From: an uncultured virus (IMG/VR IMGVR_UViG_3300042884_001169)
Taxonomy: Duplodnaviria; Heunggongvirae; Uroviricota; Caudoviricetes
Virus record (IMG/VR): IMGVR_UViG_3300042884_001169
Reading direction: 5' to 3' (one strand)
Length of the DNA: 64,000 nt
The notes under the pieces: generated by a model
Told to the model about the DNA's origin: nothing
Seen by the model: only the letters and a program-made list of their open reading frames with translations
The model's database searches: none
In this document: positions 39,289 to 49,374 of the stretch, in pieces
Layout: every line of letters begins with the position of its first letter
Position numbering within the stretch: the first letter of the stretch is position 1
Program-made: the position numbers and the translations under genes

Positions 39289-40593
39289 TTATACGATGAT
39301 AGAGGCTCGTTTGCGCTGAGGCAACCCCAGTCCGGTGAGAAATGTAAATGCTCCTACAGTCGCGTCAACTTGATCGTCATGATTGCAGGCTTCTGGAAAT
39401 GATGAGAATTCATCCAAAAAATCTGATAGCCAAGGTGTACGCAAGAGCCGAACGTTTCCATTAGCCACGGCTGCAGCAAACGGTTGTGCCCTCATGGCCT
39501 TATCGCCGGTCGCTCGGATTCCGGAAAAGTTATATCCCGGCACAACATACCGTGCATACTGATCAAGGATTGCTTTCCCAGCAGAACCGGGTTCCTGTTC
39601 CATGCGAATTGCAACTTCGTGGCCATCTTCAACAGCAGTTTGGGCAATCAATTGTTCAACTTTGTCGGATTTGACTCTTGCTTTTTTGATGTCCAAAACA
39701 TAAGCGATGCCTTGGTCAAATAGCATGAGTGTGCCTACGGTCCAGTCGGGGTCGGGGTTTCCGTGGTGAGGCTCGGTTGCGGCCATATCCCAGAACCGAA
39801 CTGCGCGAGCGGAAGATGTGACTTCTGGCACATCCATGGGGTCAATGATGACAAATGACTCCCGATTAAACATTGACCCAAGGGTTGTAGCCCACCAGTC
39901 GCCGGATTCAAGCCGACGTCGTTCCACGGGGTCTAGGGCTGAAAGGGCTTGACGGTAGGAGTCTGCGTCGATCCCCGGATTGTCGGTCAACTTGGAAGGA
40001 ACGAAAACTCGATTTTGTTCATGTCCTTCAACAATGAACCTCTGCCGGACCCAATTGGGTGCCGGGTTTGATGCTGCTCGCATGCGCAGGGGAACTTGAG
40101 CCAATGGACCCGATGCCGGGCGTCGGAGACGGGAGAACAAATAGCGATAGTCGTTTTCGCGAATTTCAGTGACCTCGTCCATTCCGATGAACTGGAATTC
40201 AGCACCCTTGTACCTCAAATAATCATTTGAGTTGTTCAAATAACCGAAAGACAACCGCGCTCCTGAGGGAAATGTAAACACATACGAGTTGGCGTTCCAA
40301 TGAATCTCGTCATTTGGTCCAAGCCAGTCCTTGGCTCTGTCCATTAGGGCGCCGGGGAGGGAGAGGTCAGCGAAGGTTTTACGGAAAAGAATCGCCGAAT
40401 ATCCGGGGACATCGACATACTGAAGCGCTGACATGAGAAGTGCGCTAGATTTTCCTCCACCCGCAGCACCGCCAAAGAGGGCTTCAATCGAGTATGTGCG
40501 CAAAAACACTTTCTGAGTTAAAGATGGGGCTTCTGGACAATACGGAGGTTCTTTGGGCTGCAGATATTCAAGTACCTTGGTCCAGTCAGTCAT
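39289..40593 (-). CDS. terL: terminase large subunit
   Basis: Walker A GGAAGGGKS, Walker B FIGMDE, ASNP coupling motif, nuclease WDMA...DPDWTVG...HDDQVDA. Confidence 0.95.
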   Translation of the reverse strand: MTDWTKVLEYLQPKEPPYCPEAPSLTQKVFLRTYSIEALFGGAAGGGKSSALLMSALQYVDVPGYSAILFRKTFADLSLPGALMDRAKDWLGPNDEIHWNANSYVFTFPSGARLSFGYLNNSNDYLRYKGAEFQFIGMDEVTEIRENDYRYLFSRLRRPASGPLAQVPLRMRAASNPAPNWVRQRFIVEGHEQNRVFVPSKLTDNPGIDADSYRQALSALDPVERRRLESGDWWATTLGSMFNRESFVIIDPMDVPEVTSSARAVRFWDMAATEPHHGNPDPDWTVGTLMLFDQGIAYVLDIKKARVKSDKVEQLIAQTAVEDGHEVAIRMEQEPGSAGKAILDQYARYVVPGYNFSGIRATGDKAMRAQPFAAAVANGNVRLLRTPWLSDFLDEFSSFPEACNHDDQVDATVGAFTFLTGLGLPQRKRASIIV

Positions 40594-40661
40594 TTTTGTC
40601 GCTCAATTTCGTTTCGATTTCGCTGTAATATCAATATACGACGAAAGAATAGGTTGTTATT

Positions 40662-40856
40662 GTGCCTGAAGGTGAAGAAAAGCAAAGATTCTCGTTGCCT
40701 CCAAGGTACAGGACGCGGGAATTTGCTGCATATGCGTTTATGCTGTTGTTTGTAGTATGTAATACAGTTGGTGCTTTCTTAATTTTTCCACCTGCTGGCT
40801 TCATTACACTTGGAGTGACCAGTGGACTCTACGCGTTACTGTTGGGATCTGACTAA
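40662..40856 (+). CDS. small membrane protein preceding the portal
   Basis: Two TM segments; TAATG coupling to the portal; GTG 6 nt after TAGGTT. Confidence 0.65.
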   Translation: MPEGEEKQRFSLPPRYRTREFAAYAFMLLFVVCNTVGAFLIFPPAGFITLGVTSGLYALLLGSD

Positions 40857-43114
40857 TGGCTTGGAATAAAACCGAGATTAAGGCAATACAACAGGAATCT
40901 CAAAAGAGCGCTCTTGGGCTGGGAGCGCCAGTTTCTTTGAATCCGGCAGTTGCTGGCAAGGGTTACAGTGACTCTTGGGATATTGAGCGGGCGTATCGAG
41001 AAGGTGTACAAAAAGTAACATGGGTTTTTCGCTGCATCGACGCCATTGCTGGCAATCAAGCGCGACTTCCCATGATTCTCCGCAAAGACAACTCGCCAAG
41101 CGGCGAAGTCATTAGCGGCAAAGACGAATTGCTGAATATCCTTAACAGCAAGTCAAATGATGGCGAAAATTCTTTTGTATTTCGATTTCGCCTCTCTTCG
41201 CAACTCCTGATGTCGACCCGTGGCGTTTTTATCGAAAAGGTTCGTAGCCGTAACGGGGATATCGCGGCACTACACCTACTGCCACCGCAGCACACTCGCC
41301 CGATCCCAGATGCCCGTAAATTCGTGTCTGGCTATGAAGTATTGATGCCAACTGGATTGAAAAAAATCGTTCGTCCGGAGGACGTTATCTGGGTAAGGCG
41401 CCCCCATCCTCTGGATCCCTATCTCTCGCTTACCCCCATGGAAACTGCGGGGGTTGCTATTGAAATTGAAAACCTTGCAAAGATTTACAATAGAAATTTC
41501 CTATTGAATGACGGCCGACCCGGTGGTTTGCTTGTTATTCGGGGAGAAATGGACGAGGACGACAAGGAAGAATTGCGTTCACGGTTCCGAGGAAACCTCA
41601 ACAGGACTGGACAAACTTCAGTTATTGCTTCAGACGACGGTGTTGACTTTGTTGACACTTCGGCGAATCCACGAGATGCCGCTTATGTCGAGATGCGCAA
41701 GATCACCAAAGAAGAGATCCTTGCTGCTTTTGGTGTTCCGGAGTCGGTAATTGGAAATGCGTCTGGCAGGACTTTTTCGAACGCTGCTGAAGAGTTGCGG
41801 GTTTTCTGGATGGAAACCATGCAACCTCATTTGGAAGTTTTGGCTAGGTCTTTAGATGAGTTGGACGCTGATCGTTACGTTGATTTTGATACTTCTTCAG
41901 TTCCCATTCTTATCGTTGCAAAACAAGAACGAGAGCGATATCTCCTTGACGAGTTTGGATCAGGCCTGATTTCTGGAAACGAGTATCGAGCCGGTACGGG
42001 CCGAAAGACTGTCGAGTCTGAACTTATGGACTCGATGCTTGCCAATCCAAACCTAACCCCGATTGGCAATACGGAAAAACCATTTAATACTCAGCCAACC
42101 CCCGTTGACATGATTAACGCAGGTCCACCTCAGCCGCCTCCCGGCCTTGATGCCGGAACCGAGCCTGCGGTTCCTGCCGAACCTCCTGTCCCCGGAGTTC
42201 CTCCCGTTGAAGGCTTGCCCCAGCAGGCTCCCGTGGCTGGAGGGGTCGAAGTTCCGTCAGAACCAACCCCAGCACAGCAAGCGGCGTTAGCCACGAATCC
42301 GATGGAATTTAAGTCTCTTCAAGATAAATCCGAGCCGGACGAGTGGGAAGTTAAATCTGCTCAAACTGTTGAGCGTTGGACAGCAATTTTAGATAGATCC
42401 CTCGAACGCTTGTTCGAGCGACAGCAGCGAGTTGTTCTTGAAAAGGCTTCAGGGGCTAAAGCCCGACGTTCGCTTGAATCTGGCGATTTGCCTGTGGATT
42501 CGGTTTTCGATTTGGCGGTTTGGAACAAGCAGATGGACGAAGATTTGCGTCCTGTTCTTGCTGCTGTTGTTGGTGAAGCCGCTGAATATGCTGGCCCGAA
42601 TGACGGTAGTCAGGAACTCGAAAAACAAGAATTCTCCAAATATCTTGACGAGCAGATGCAGCGAATGCACAAAATCAACGACACAACAAAAGAAGAAATT
42701 CTTGCCGCAATCCTTGTCGTTTCAATCATGCCCACTCTTTCACCCGAAGAAAAAGCCTCCATTCTTCGAACGGCTCTTGGCGCAATCTTTGCTGAACTTC
42801 TCGGACGCCGCCGCCGAGTTATTGCCGACATGGAAGCAGGTACGGCATTTAATGCTGGAAACTACCTAGCAGCGGTGTCTGCCCAGCGTCAGTCACAGGA
42901 CCAACCCGACCGGCCATCAGTCATGACCTTCCGCAAGCAATGGGTCGCAAAAAATGATGACAAGGTCAGAATCGATCATCGAATCCTTGACGGCCAGACC
43001 AAAACTCTTGGTGAACCCTTTGAGGTCGAGGGCTTTTCCCTCCGGTTCCCCGGAGACCCACTTGCCCCACCACACCTCACAATTAACTGTCGTTGCAAGA
43101 TGCGCTGGCTCTGA
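40856..43114 (+). CDS. HK97-type portal protein fused to a MuF-like (gp7) domain
   Basis: WVFRCIDAIA...NDGRPGG...EILAAFGVP..VIG...TFSN; C-terminal KQWV...DDKVR.DH..LDGQ...LRFPGDP...INCRC. Confidence 0.9.
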   Translation: MAWNKTEIKAIQQESQKSALGLGAPVSLNPAVAGKGYSDSWDIERAYREGVQKVTWVFRCIDAIAGNQARLPMILRKDNSPSGEVISGKDELLNILNSKSNDGENSFVFRFRLSSQLLMSTRGVFIEKVRSRNGDIAALHLLPPQHTRPIPDARKFVSGYEVLMPTGLKKIVRPEDVIWVRRPHPLDPYLSLTPMETAGVAIEIENLAKIYNRNFLLNDGRPGGLLVIRGEMDEDDKEELRSRFRGNLNRTGQTSVIASDDGVDFVDTSANPRDAAYVEMRKITKEEILAAFGVPESVIGNASGRTFSNAAEELRVFWMETMQPHLEVLARSLDELDADRYVDFDTSSVPILIVAKQERERYLLDEFGSGLISGNEYRAGTGRKTVESELMDSMLANPNLTPIGNTEKPFNTQPTPVDMINAGPPQPPPGLDAGTEPAVPAEPPVPGVPPVEGLPQQAPVAGGVEVPSEPTPAQQAALATNPMEFKSLQDKSEPDEWEVKSAQTVERWTAILDRSLERLFERQQRVVLEKASGAKARRSLESGDLPVDSVFDLAVWNKQMDEDLRPVLAAVVGEAAEYAGPNDGSQELEKQEFSKYLDEQMQRMHKINDTTKEEILAAILVVSIMPTLSPEEKASILRTALGAIFAELLGRRRRVIADMEAGTAFNAGNYLAAVSAQRQSQDQPDRPSVMTFRKQWVAKNDDKVRIDHRILDGQTKTLGEPFEVEGFSLRFPGDPLAPPHLTINCRCKMRWL

Positions 43115-43130
43115 CAACTAATGTTAAAAT

Positions 43131-43376
43131 GTGAGTGCAGAAACCATTTGGACGTGGGTCCTTTTCGTCTTTGAGGTTGCCGGAATCACTGGAATGTGGT
43201 TCATTGGTAAAAAGATTTGGTGGGGATGGGGGATCGTCCTCCTGCATTCGATCCCTTGGTTCATCTACAGCCTGATTTACGGGAAACCGGGCTTCATCGC
43301 AATGTCCTTTATGTGGTGGACGATGAACTTTTACAACATGCGGAAGTGGAGATCTGAGCAGAGTTTAAGTAAATAG
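43131..43376 (+). CDS. small PnuC-like (3-TM) membrane protein
   Basis: GMWFIGKKIWWGW...WFIYS...GF...N.RKW pattern. Confidence 0.6.
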   Translation: MSAETIWTWVLFVFEVAGITGMWFIGKKIWWGWGIVLLHSIPWFIYSLIYGKPGFIAMSFMWWTMNFYNMRKWRSEQSLSK

Positions 43377-43471
43377 TTTCTTTATTCACCACGCATTGAA
43401 TACAGAAACCTTTCCGTACATGGCTATGGAGTGTTCTAATCTTAGAACAAATCTCTTCGACAGGACTTTCG

Positions 43472-46201
43472 ATGGACCTCTTTGAAACCAAAGCCATGCC
43501 CGGTCAAATCAATATCGACGAAGCCGAAGGCATTGTTGAATGTTTTGTCGCTGGAGTCGGCAATAAAGACTCCGTCGGCGACATTGTTCTACCGGGCGCA
43601 TTTACAGCGAGCCTCCAGCGCCGCAAGCCGCGAGTTGTGTGGGGCCACGATTGGAATCAGCCCATCGGGAAAGTTCTTGAAATCTACGAAGTCCCATCGA
43701 GCGATCGCCGCCTTCCTGAGAAAATGCGCTCCGCGGGCATTGGTGGCCTGTTCGCTAAGGTTCAATTCAATCTAAAAGCAGAGCGAGGGCGGGAAGCATT
43801 CGCCAACATTGCCTTTTTTGGGACAGAACAAGAATGGTCAATTGGCTATAAAACTCTTGACGCCGTCTATGACAACGCTCGGCAAGCCAACTTGTTGAAA
43901 GAAGTAGAACTGTATGAAGTAAGTCCAGTTCTACATGGAGCCAATCAACTCACTGCAACGATTTCGATCAAGTCAGATGAGGCAAACGATGATGATGAAA
44001 TCTCCTCGTTTAAAAAATCAAAATGGCCCATGTTTGATCGCACTTTTGCTGAAATGATCAAAAAGGAGCATCCAAAGATTTGGGACGCTGGGGGCAACAT
44101 CAAGGGCGACGACCAATACACAATTCTGACTCGGATTGCAGAACAGGGCGGAGTGGCAAAAACTCCTTCGCAGGTCGCCGCTCTCGAACTAAGGGAGGCT
44201 TGGGTGGCGCGCCACGAGGGAGACTTCCGTCTTCCCGGCGTAATCGCTCAAATCAAGTGGCTGGCGATTGGCAGCAGGGGCGAAGCCCACATGAAGAAAG
44301 TGGTTCGCGACGAAATGAAGCGTCTAGCAGAAAAGACGTCGAGTAAAGCCGCACAAGAATGCCCGCCCGCGACGCAAAGTGTTCAAGTAAATCTGACAAA
44401 CCGACAGAATGCTATCGACACTGCCGGTTACGGCCCGTTGAATCCGGCTGAAGCAAATACCAACTTTTGGTCATCAAAGGGTCGCCGTTGGGATGTCAGC
44501 CCTGAAGAGGCTCGTAAGCAGACTTGCGGAAATTGTGCAGCATTCATTAAAACTCCAGAAATGCTTGACTGCATCAAAGGTGGTCTCGCTGCCGGGGGCG
44601 GACTTACGGGCAGTCAGGACGCAATGGATGTCATTGAGGCTGGCGATCTTGGATACTGCGAATCATTTGATTTCAAATGTGCTTCGGCCCGAACATGTGA
44701 CGCATGGATTGGCGGAGGTCCTGTAACCGAATCCTCTTCCGAAGAAGAATCAGAAGAGAAGGGCCACGGCGTACGCGACGAAGCAGCAATGATCCAAGCA
44801 ATGCAACAAGCGCTAATCGCAAATGCTGAATCTGAAAATGAAGAGTCATATGGCGGCTCCTATCAGTCTCAATATGACGACTCGGAAGAAGAAGTAGAAG
44901 AAATTCTGGCCAACGCTGCGATGGGACGTAATGCCGTCCTTGCTCGCGCTCTTGCCAACGAAATGCGAACCCCTGTCCGAATTCGAGCCGTAGAACGAAA
45001 CGTCGTCATCTTTGACGTAATGGGTGAGGACGAAACACCAATCACCATGCGAACAGGGTGGCACGCCGAACGAGGCCAGATCATGCTCAGCAGGCCCGAG
45101 CGCGTTCGAGCAGAAACCGTTTACCTTCCAATCGACGGAGAAGGGGACGGCCAAGTTTATTCCGGAGACATTTCAAGTTCTTTCAAAGGGCCTGAAATTA
45201 AGGCTCCGACACCGGTCGACGCCATCCCGCAAGAGCGGTTTACCGGCGATGTCCTTCGAGGACGCGGGCCACGTCGAGGAAACCTTGAGCGGCTTCTCCG
45301 ATACTGGCGTCCGATTATGCGGAAACCCGGTGGGTTCCGTCGATGCCTTGTGATCCTTGCCGATCACCCTGAGTTGTACCCACTTGCAAACATCTGTGCG
45401 TGGCTACACCACGAGACAACCGGTCTTTGGCCCAACGAGGGTTGCCATCATCCGGGTATGAAGAATTGTCGTCGCAAGTTGCGTGGCGTTGTTAGGGGTT
45501 CTTTGATCTCTGATGCCGAATTCAATGATCGTCTTGAAGCGTTGAAGCCAAATACTGGCAAAAAGAAAGGCATGCCCGATCCTTTCGACGACGATGAAGA
45601 AGATGTAGTTACTGACGCCGATATCGCGTATGCCAATAAAGTTCTCAATGACTTCGTCGAGCAAGAAAAAGAATTCATGGAGTATCTGAGCGACGAAAAA
45701 AACTGGGGTCATTATGGCGACGATGATGATGAAAATGAAATCGAGCATGATTGGGTAATGCCAGATAACGCTCCAGAGGGTGTGACTGCGAAGAAGCCTG
45801 ATGGCTGCGGCTGCGGCTGCAGTGGTGCCGGAGGCAAAGGCTCATGCATGGATATGCCTAAGTCCATCGAGGAAAGCCTTGAGGCTTTGAAGGCTAAAGT
45901 TGGGCGTAGCCTGAATTCTCGAAATGCCGAAAAGATCACACAGGCCATTCAACTTTTGACTGAAGTAATTGGCAATGACAGCGCTCAAGCGCGAATACAG
46001 CGTAAAGAGAACGCTGTTGTCATTGAGGCTCCACGGTCTCAGTTGTTTGATCTTCGCGAGACCATTGATCCGATCGTCGACTTCTATGATCTTGATGCTG
46101 AAATTGATGAGGACGGCATTCGTTTTGATTTTGTCAGTCGAGATGCTGAGGCTGCTCTTCAGAAAGCGCTAGTGAATTTTTCTGAAGTTGAAACAAAATG
46201 A
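43472..46201 (+). CDS. HK97-family prohead protease with a long multidomain C-terminal extension
   Basis: GNKDSVGDIVLPGAF, VWGHDWNQPIG, WSIGY, LYEVSPVLHGAN within the first ~165 aa of 909. Confidence 0.9.
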   Translation: MDLFETKAMPGQINIDEAEGIVECFVAGVGNKDSVGDIVLPGAFTASLQRRKPRVVWGHDWNQPIGKVLEIYEVPSSDRRLPEKMRSAGIGGLFAKVQFNLKAERGREAFANIAFFGTEQEWSIGYKTLDAVYDNARQANLLKEVELYEVSPVLHGANQLTATISIKSDEANDDDEISSFKKSKWPMFDRTFAEMIKKEHPKIWDAGGNIKGDDQYTILTRIAEQGGVAKTPSQVAALELREAWVARHEGDFRLPGVIAQIKWLAIGSRGEAHMKKVVRDEMKRLAEKTSSKAAQECPPATQSVQVNLTNRQNAIDTAGYGPLNPAEANTNFWSSKGRRWDVSPEEARKQTCGNCAAFIKTPEMLDCIKGGLAAGGGLTGSQDAMDVIEAGDLGYCESFDFKCASARTCDAWIGGGPVTESSSEEESEEKGHGVRDEAAMIQAMQQALIANAESENEESYGGSYQSQYDDSEEEVEEILANAAMGRNAVLARALANEMRTPVRIRAVERNVVIFDVMGEDETPITMRTGWHAERGQIMLSRPERVRAETVYLPIDGEGDGQVYSGDISSSFKGPEIKAPTPVDAIPQERFTGDVLRGRGPRRGNLERLLRYWRPIMRKPGGFRRCLVILADHPELYPLANICAWLHHETTGLWPNEGCHHPGMKNCRRKLRGVVRGSLISDAEFNDRLEALKPNTGKKKGMPDPFDDDEEDVVTDADIAYANKVLNDFVEQEKEFMEYLSDEKNWGHYGDDDDENEIEHDWVMPDNAPEGVTAKKPDGCGCGCSGAGGKGSCMDMPKSIEESLEALKAKVGRSLNSRNAEKITQAIQLLTEVIGNDSAQARIQRKENAVVIEAPRSQLFDLRETIDPIVDFYDLDAEIDEDGIRFDFVSRDAEAALQKALVNFSEVETK

Positions 46202-49200
46202 ATTTCTGGGGATTTTCTCGTAGTCAACTCAAAGGATTATTCAACGATCCTTTAATTGAGCAAAAGAAAAGTCCTCAGAGCGAGACCTCTATTCGTATTC
46301 GCTTGAAGTCTGCCAAGGTTCTTACGACTGCGGCCGCTACGGGTCAGGTTGTTGATTTTGCTCAAACCCTAGTTGCCCCCGTCGCGCAACCTCATTTGTT
46401 TAGCGAACCATCGTCGGATGAGTTGCTTCATCGGCAAAGGGAAAAAAACACTACAATTTTTTCTGACTCAATTTTTCCTTTGACTGCCCAGCAGCGTGCT
46501 GAAAAGTATGGGCGTAAAGTCGGTCTCGGCGGTAAGGGTTGGCCCGTCAAGGATGAACCGTATGATCCTGAGGCGAGGGATGGCGATAATGATGGCATCG
46601 TGCAGGAGGGGACTGCGTGGGAGCGTCCTGCGGGAACTCGCATCATTGATGCTGATGGTATCGAAATTCGTGCAGGCCGTATTTCTTCTTATCGCGCAAA
46701 AACTAACCGTGTAATTGATGCGGATGGGAATGCCGTTGATTACGTTCCTTCTTATCAGCGGAGTGAGGCGGGAACTATTGGTGAAACTGTTGGGATGATT
46801 CGGCCAGATGGTGATTCTGGAGAAGATGTACCGACTGATGTCGACCCCGATAGTAATGAAGACTCTGCTGAGGATTTGCTTTCTGACTTGGAAGCGATGT
46901 TTAACGAGATGTTGGGTGAGGAAAACACTGAGTCGCCTGATGCTGTTATCAGGGACTTGGAAGAAATGTTTGATGGCTTAGAGCAGCAAATGCGTGAAGA
47001 CCGGGAGCAGTCCGAGCGAGAGGCGGAAGAACGTCGTATTGCTCGTGAGGAGGCTGATCGTGAAAATTTGAAAGAGCAGCAAGAGCCTCTTCCTTTTGAG
47101 GCGAGCATGCCAGCCGATGGCTATGGCCCCAGCACTCTGTCCGATCCAGAAGATCAAAGTTTTGTTCGTTACAGGCTTCGGGCGGCGCAACTTAGCGACG
47201 ATGAACTTGATGGTCTTGCTGAAGCGCCAGATGAACGTTTGAAAGAGTACATTCGCGAACTTCGTGAGCGGTCTCAGCAGGGTATGGCGTTAGCCAATGA
47301 CGTTGATAACTACACTCAGAGATCTCTTACAGAACGCGGCCTTGGATTTGAACCAGATGTAGCCCGAAGCGTCGACTACTCGATTGCTTACTATCAAAAT
47401 ATGATTGCTGATTACCTTGATGATCGACTTTCGGCCCGGCAAGATATTGAAACGGTTGACGAAAAGCCATTGGATGAGGGAATCCGAGGCGTCATGGCAT
47501 GGCTGGATCGGGTGTCAGAAGATGTTGAAAGGCAGATCGAGTTAGCGGAGCGTGAAGAGGCCGGATTGGGGAATGACGAGGTAGACGGGGGTGAAGATTA
47601 CGAAGTGGGGATTAAAGACGGTCAATATGTGTCTGGCCCAATTACTTTTTCTCCCGACGAACTCGATGAAGCCGAAAAAGTTTTTAGGGATCTCGTTCCT
47701 GAAGCATTTGAAGATATGGGAATGTTTGACGGCTTTAACCCGGATCCGGCTGATCGGTATTTAGATCTTGATGACCCGAACGAAAAATTGGTTCTAGAGT
47801 TTGACGAAGATGCTAAATACGAAGAAAAATTATCTCCGCCAAGGCAGCCAACCGATGAAGATCGACCCTCCGGAGTTCCTGATTATCTATGGGAAATGTA
47901 TGTGGAGGATCAGACTCGATGGGCTGAACCCTTCGGTGAAGATGAAGATGGCGAAAAATTTGTTTGGATGCGCACCGAAAAGTTTACATATTGGCTTAAT
48001 CGTCTGGTCGAAAGCGAAAAGCGAAGAATCGACTCAGACCTGAATGTCAATCACTTACATGAAGGTGTTTTTGATTTTATTCCTTCCAACCCGGTAGCCG
48101 ATAAAAAGGAATGGACTAATCAGCAGAAGTTGGCCCAACAGATAGGAAGGTTGCAGTCGCTAGAGTTTAAAAACGAAACCGTGGGGTCAATGGGCGCCAT
48201 GATTCTTGCAATGGATTATAGGGATTATCGTGCAAATTTGAGTAAACAGTTATTTACCAGCGGAGGGCGACGATTTACTGGCAGGGGTACTCCTTTTCAG
48301 GTCAAACCCTTAACGCTAAGGGAATACCTTGAAGTCGTGAATGAGCGGGGGGTTAAATCCCAAATCGGTGACCGAGCGCAGGATCTGGATATGAATGACC
48401 GGTTGGAAGAATTCATGGACATCATGTTGGGGGGTGCAGACAACGAGGACGGGGGTCTGCTTGGTTTTCTTGATCCAGATTCGCAAAAACTTTGGGACGA
48501 AGTGTCAGACCAGATCGAAGAAGACAAGATGAAAAAGGAACGGGTTGAAAAAGAACCTTCTGATCTTGCGGTACAGGAAGATCTTTCGGTGCAGGAAGAT
48601 GATGGGTTTTTGTTGGGACCACTTAGATTTGGGGATATTGCCGAAACAGAGGAAGCATTCGATAAAGAAGAAGCACGGAAACAGAAGATTATTGACAGAT
48701 TTGGCGGCAAAGATAAATACGATATTGACGCTGAACCTGAAGATGTTTATATCGATTTAGATGATGCAAATCCTGATCGTCTGAATCCCGAATACCCAGA
48801 AAAAGATAGCCGCTATTATCTTGAACGAACCACCCCGCCCAAACTGCCGACCATGGATGATATGCCGGAAGAATTGGAGGACGGTGACGAGGAGTTTTGG
48901 GAACTGTACTTAGACGATCAGGAAGACTTGTCGGAACAGATAGAGCCGGGCCGCTATTTCCGATTGAACACTTTCCCATACTGGCTTGCCAGATGGATGG
49001 ATGAGGAACGCAAAGCAGAAAACAAAAGCAGGCTTATCAATCACATGCACGACCGCCGCTTTGCCCTAAAGGAAGTAGAATCTACTCCTAAAAAAATCAA
49101 CTCAGATATCAGGGCAATAAAAGGCAAGTTTGAAGAGATTTTTGCTGATCAGGGGTGGCCTGAGGGCAATCCGGACGTTGCGGGGTTGTTAACTATTGCA

Positions 49201-49374
49201 AGCGCTTATCAGGCGTACATAAGCCGCGTGTCAGGCGCCATAGTTTTTGACAAAAATAAGGCTAGAAAGCAGATTGTGCCATTGACTATGGAACAATTCA
49301 TTGAGGTGGTCGCAGCCCGAGGATTGGGCGGTACCGGGTTTGGGGAAGATTTTCCCCTGAGGCCGCGTGAATAG
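46198..49374 (+). CDS. large acidic head-module protein with a duplicated domain of about 240 aa
   Basis: 1058 aa; DGDNDG motif; internal repeat visible in translation. Confidence 0.7.
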   Translation: MNFWGFSRSQLKGLFNDPLIEQKKSPQSETSIRIRLKSAKVLTTAAATGQVVDFAQTLVAPVAQPHLFSEPSSDELLHRQREKNTTIFSDSIFPLTAQQRAEKYGRKVGLGGKGWPVKDEPYDPEARDGDNDGIVQEGTAWERPAGTRIIDADGIEIRAGRISSYRAKTNRVIDADGNAVDYVPSYQRSEAGTIGETVGMIRPDGDSGEDVPTDVDPDSNEDSAEDLLSDLEAMFNEMLGEENTESPDAVIRDLEEMFDGLEQQMREDREQSEREAEERRIAREEADRENLKEQQEPLPFEASMPADGYGPSTLSDPEDQSFVRYRLRAAQLSDDELDGLAEAPDERLKEYIRELRERSQQGMALANDVDNYTQRSLTERGLGFEPDVARSVDYSIAYYQNMIADYLDDRLSARQDIETVDEKPLDEGIRGVMAWLDRVSEDVERQIELAEREEAGLGNDEVDGGEDYEVGIKDGQYVSGPITFSPDELDEAEKVFRDLVPEAFEDMGMFDGFNPDPADRYLDLDDPNEKLVLEFDEDAKYEEKLSPPRQPTDEDRPSGVPDYLWEMYVEDQTRWAEPFGEDEDGEKFVWMRTEKFTYWLNRLVESEKRRIDSDLNVNHLHEGVFDFIPSNPVADKKEWTNQQKLAQQIGRLQSLEFKNETVGSMGAMILAMDYRDYRANLSKQLFTSGGRRFTGRGTPFQVKPLTLREYLEVVNERGVKSQIGDRAQDLDMNDRLEEFMDIMLGGADNEDGGLLGFLDPDSQKLWDEVSDQIEEDKMKKERVEKEPSDLAVQEDLSVQEDDGFLLGPLRFGDIAETEEAFDKEEARKQKIIDRFGGKDKYDIDAEPEDVYIDLDDANPDRLNPEYPEKDSRYYLERTTPPKLPTMDDMPEELEDGDEEFWELYLDDQEDLSEQIEPGRYFRLNTFPYWLARWMDEERKAENKSRLINHMHDRRFALKEVESTPKKINSDIRAIKGKFEEIFADQGWPEGNPDVAGLLTIASAYQAYISRVSGAIVFDKNKARKQIVPLTMEQFIEVVAARGLGGTGFGEDFPLRPRE

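Noticed and set aside
39289..40593. Intein or intron in terL
   Set aside because: The ORF is a compact 434 aa with contiguous motifs
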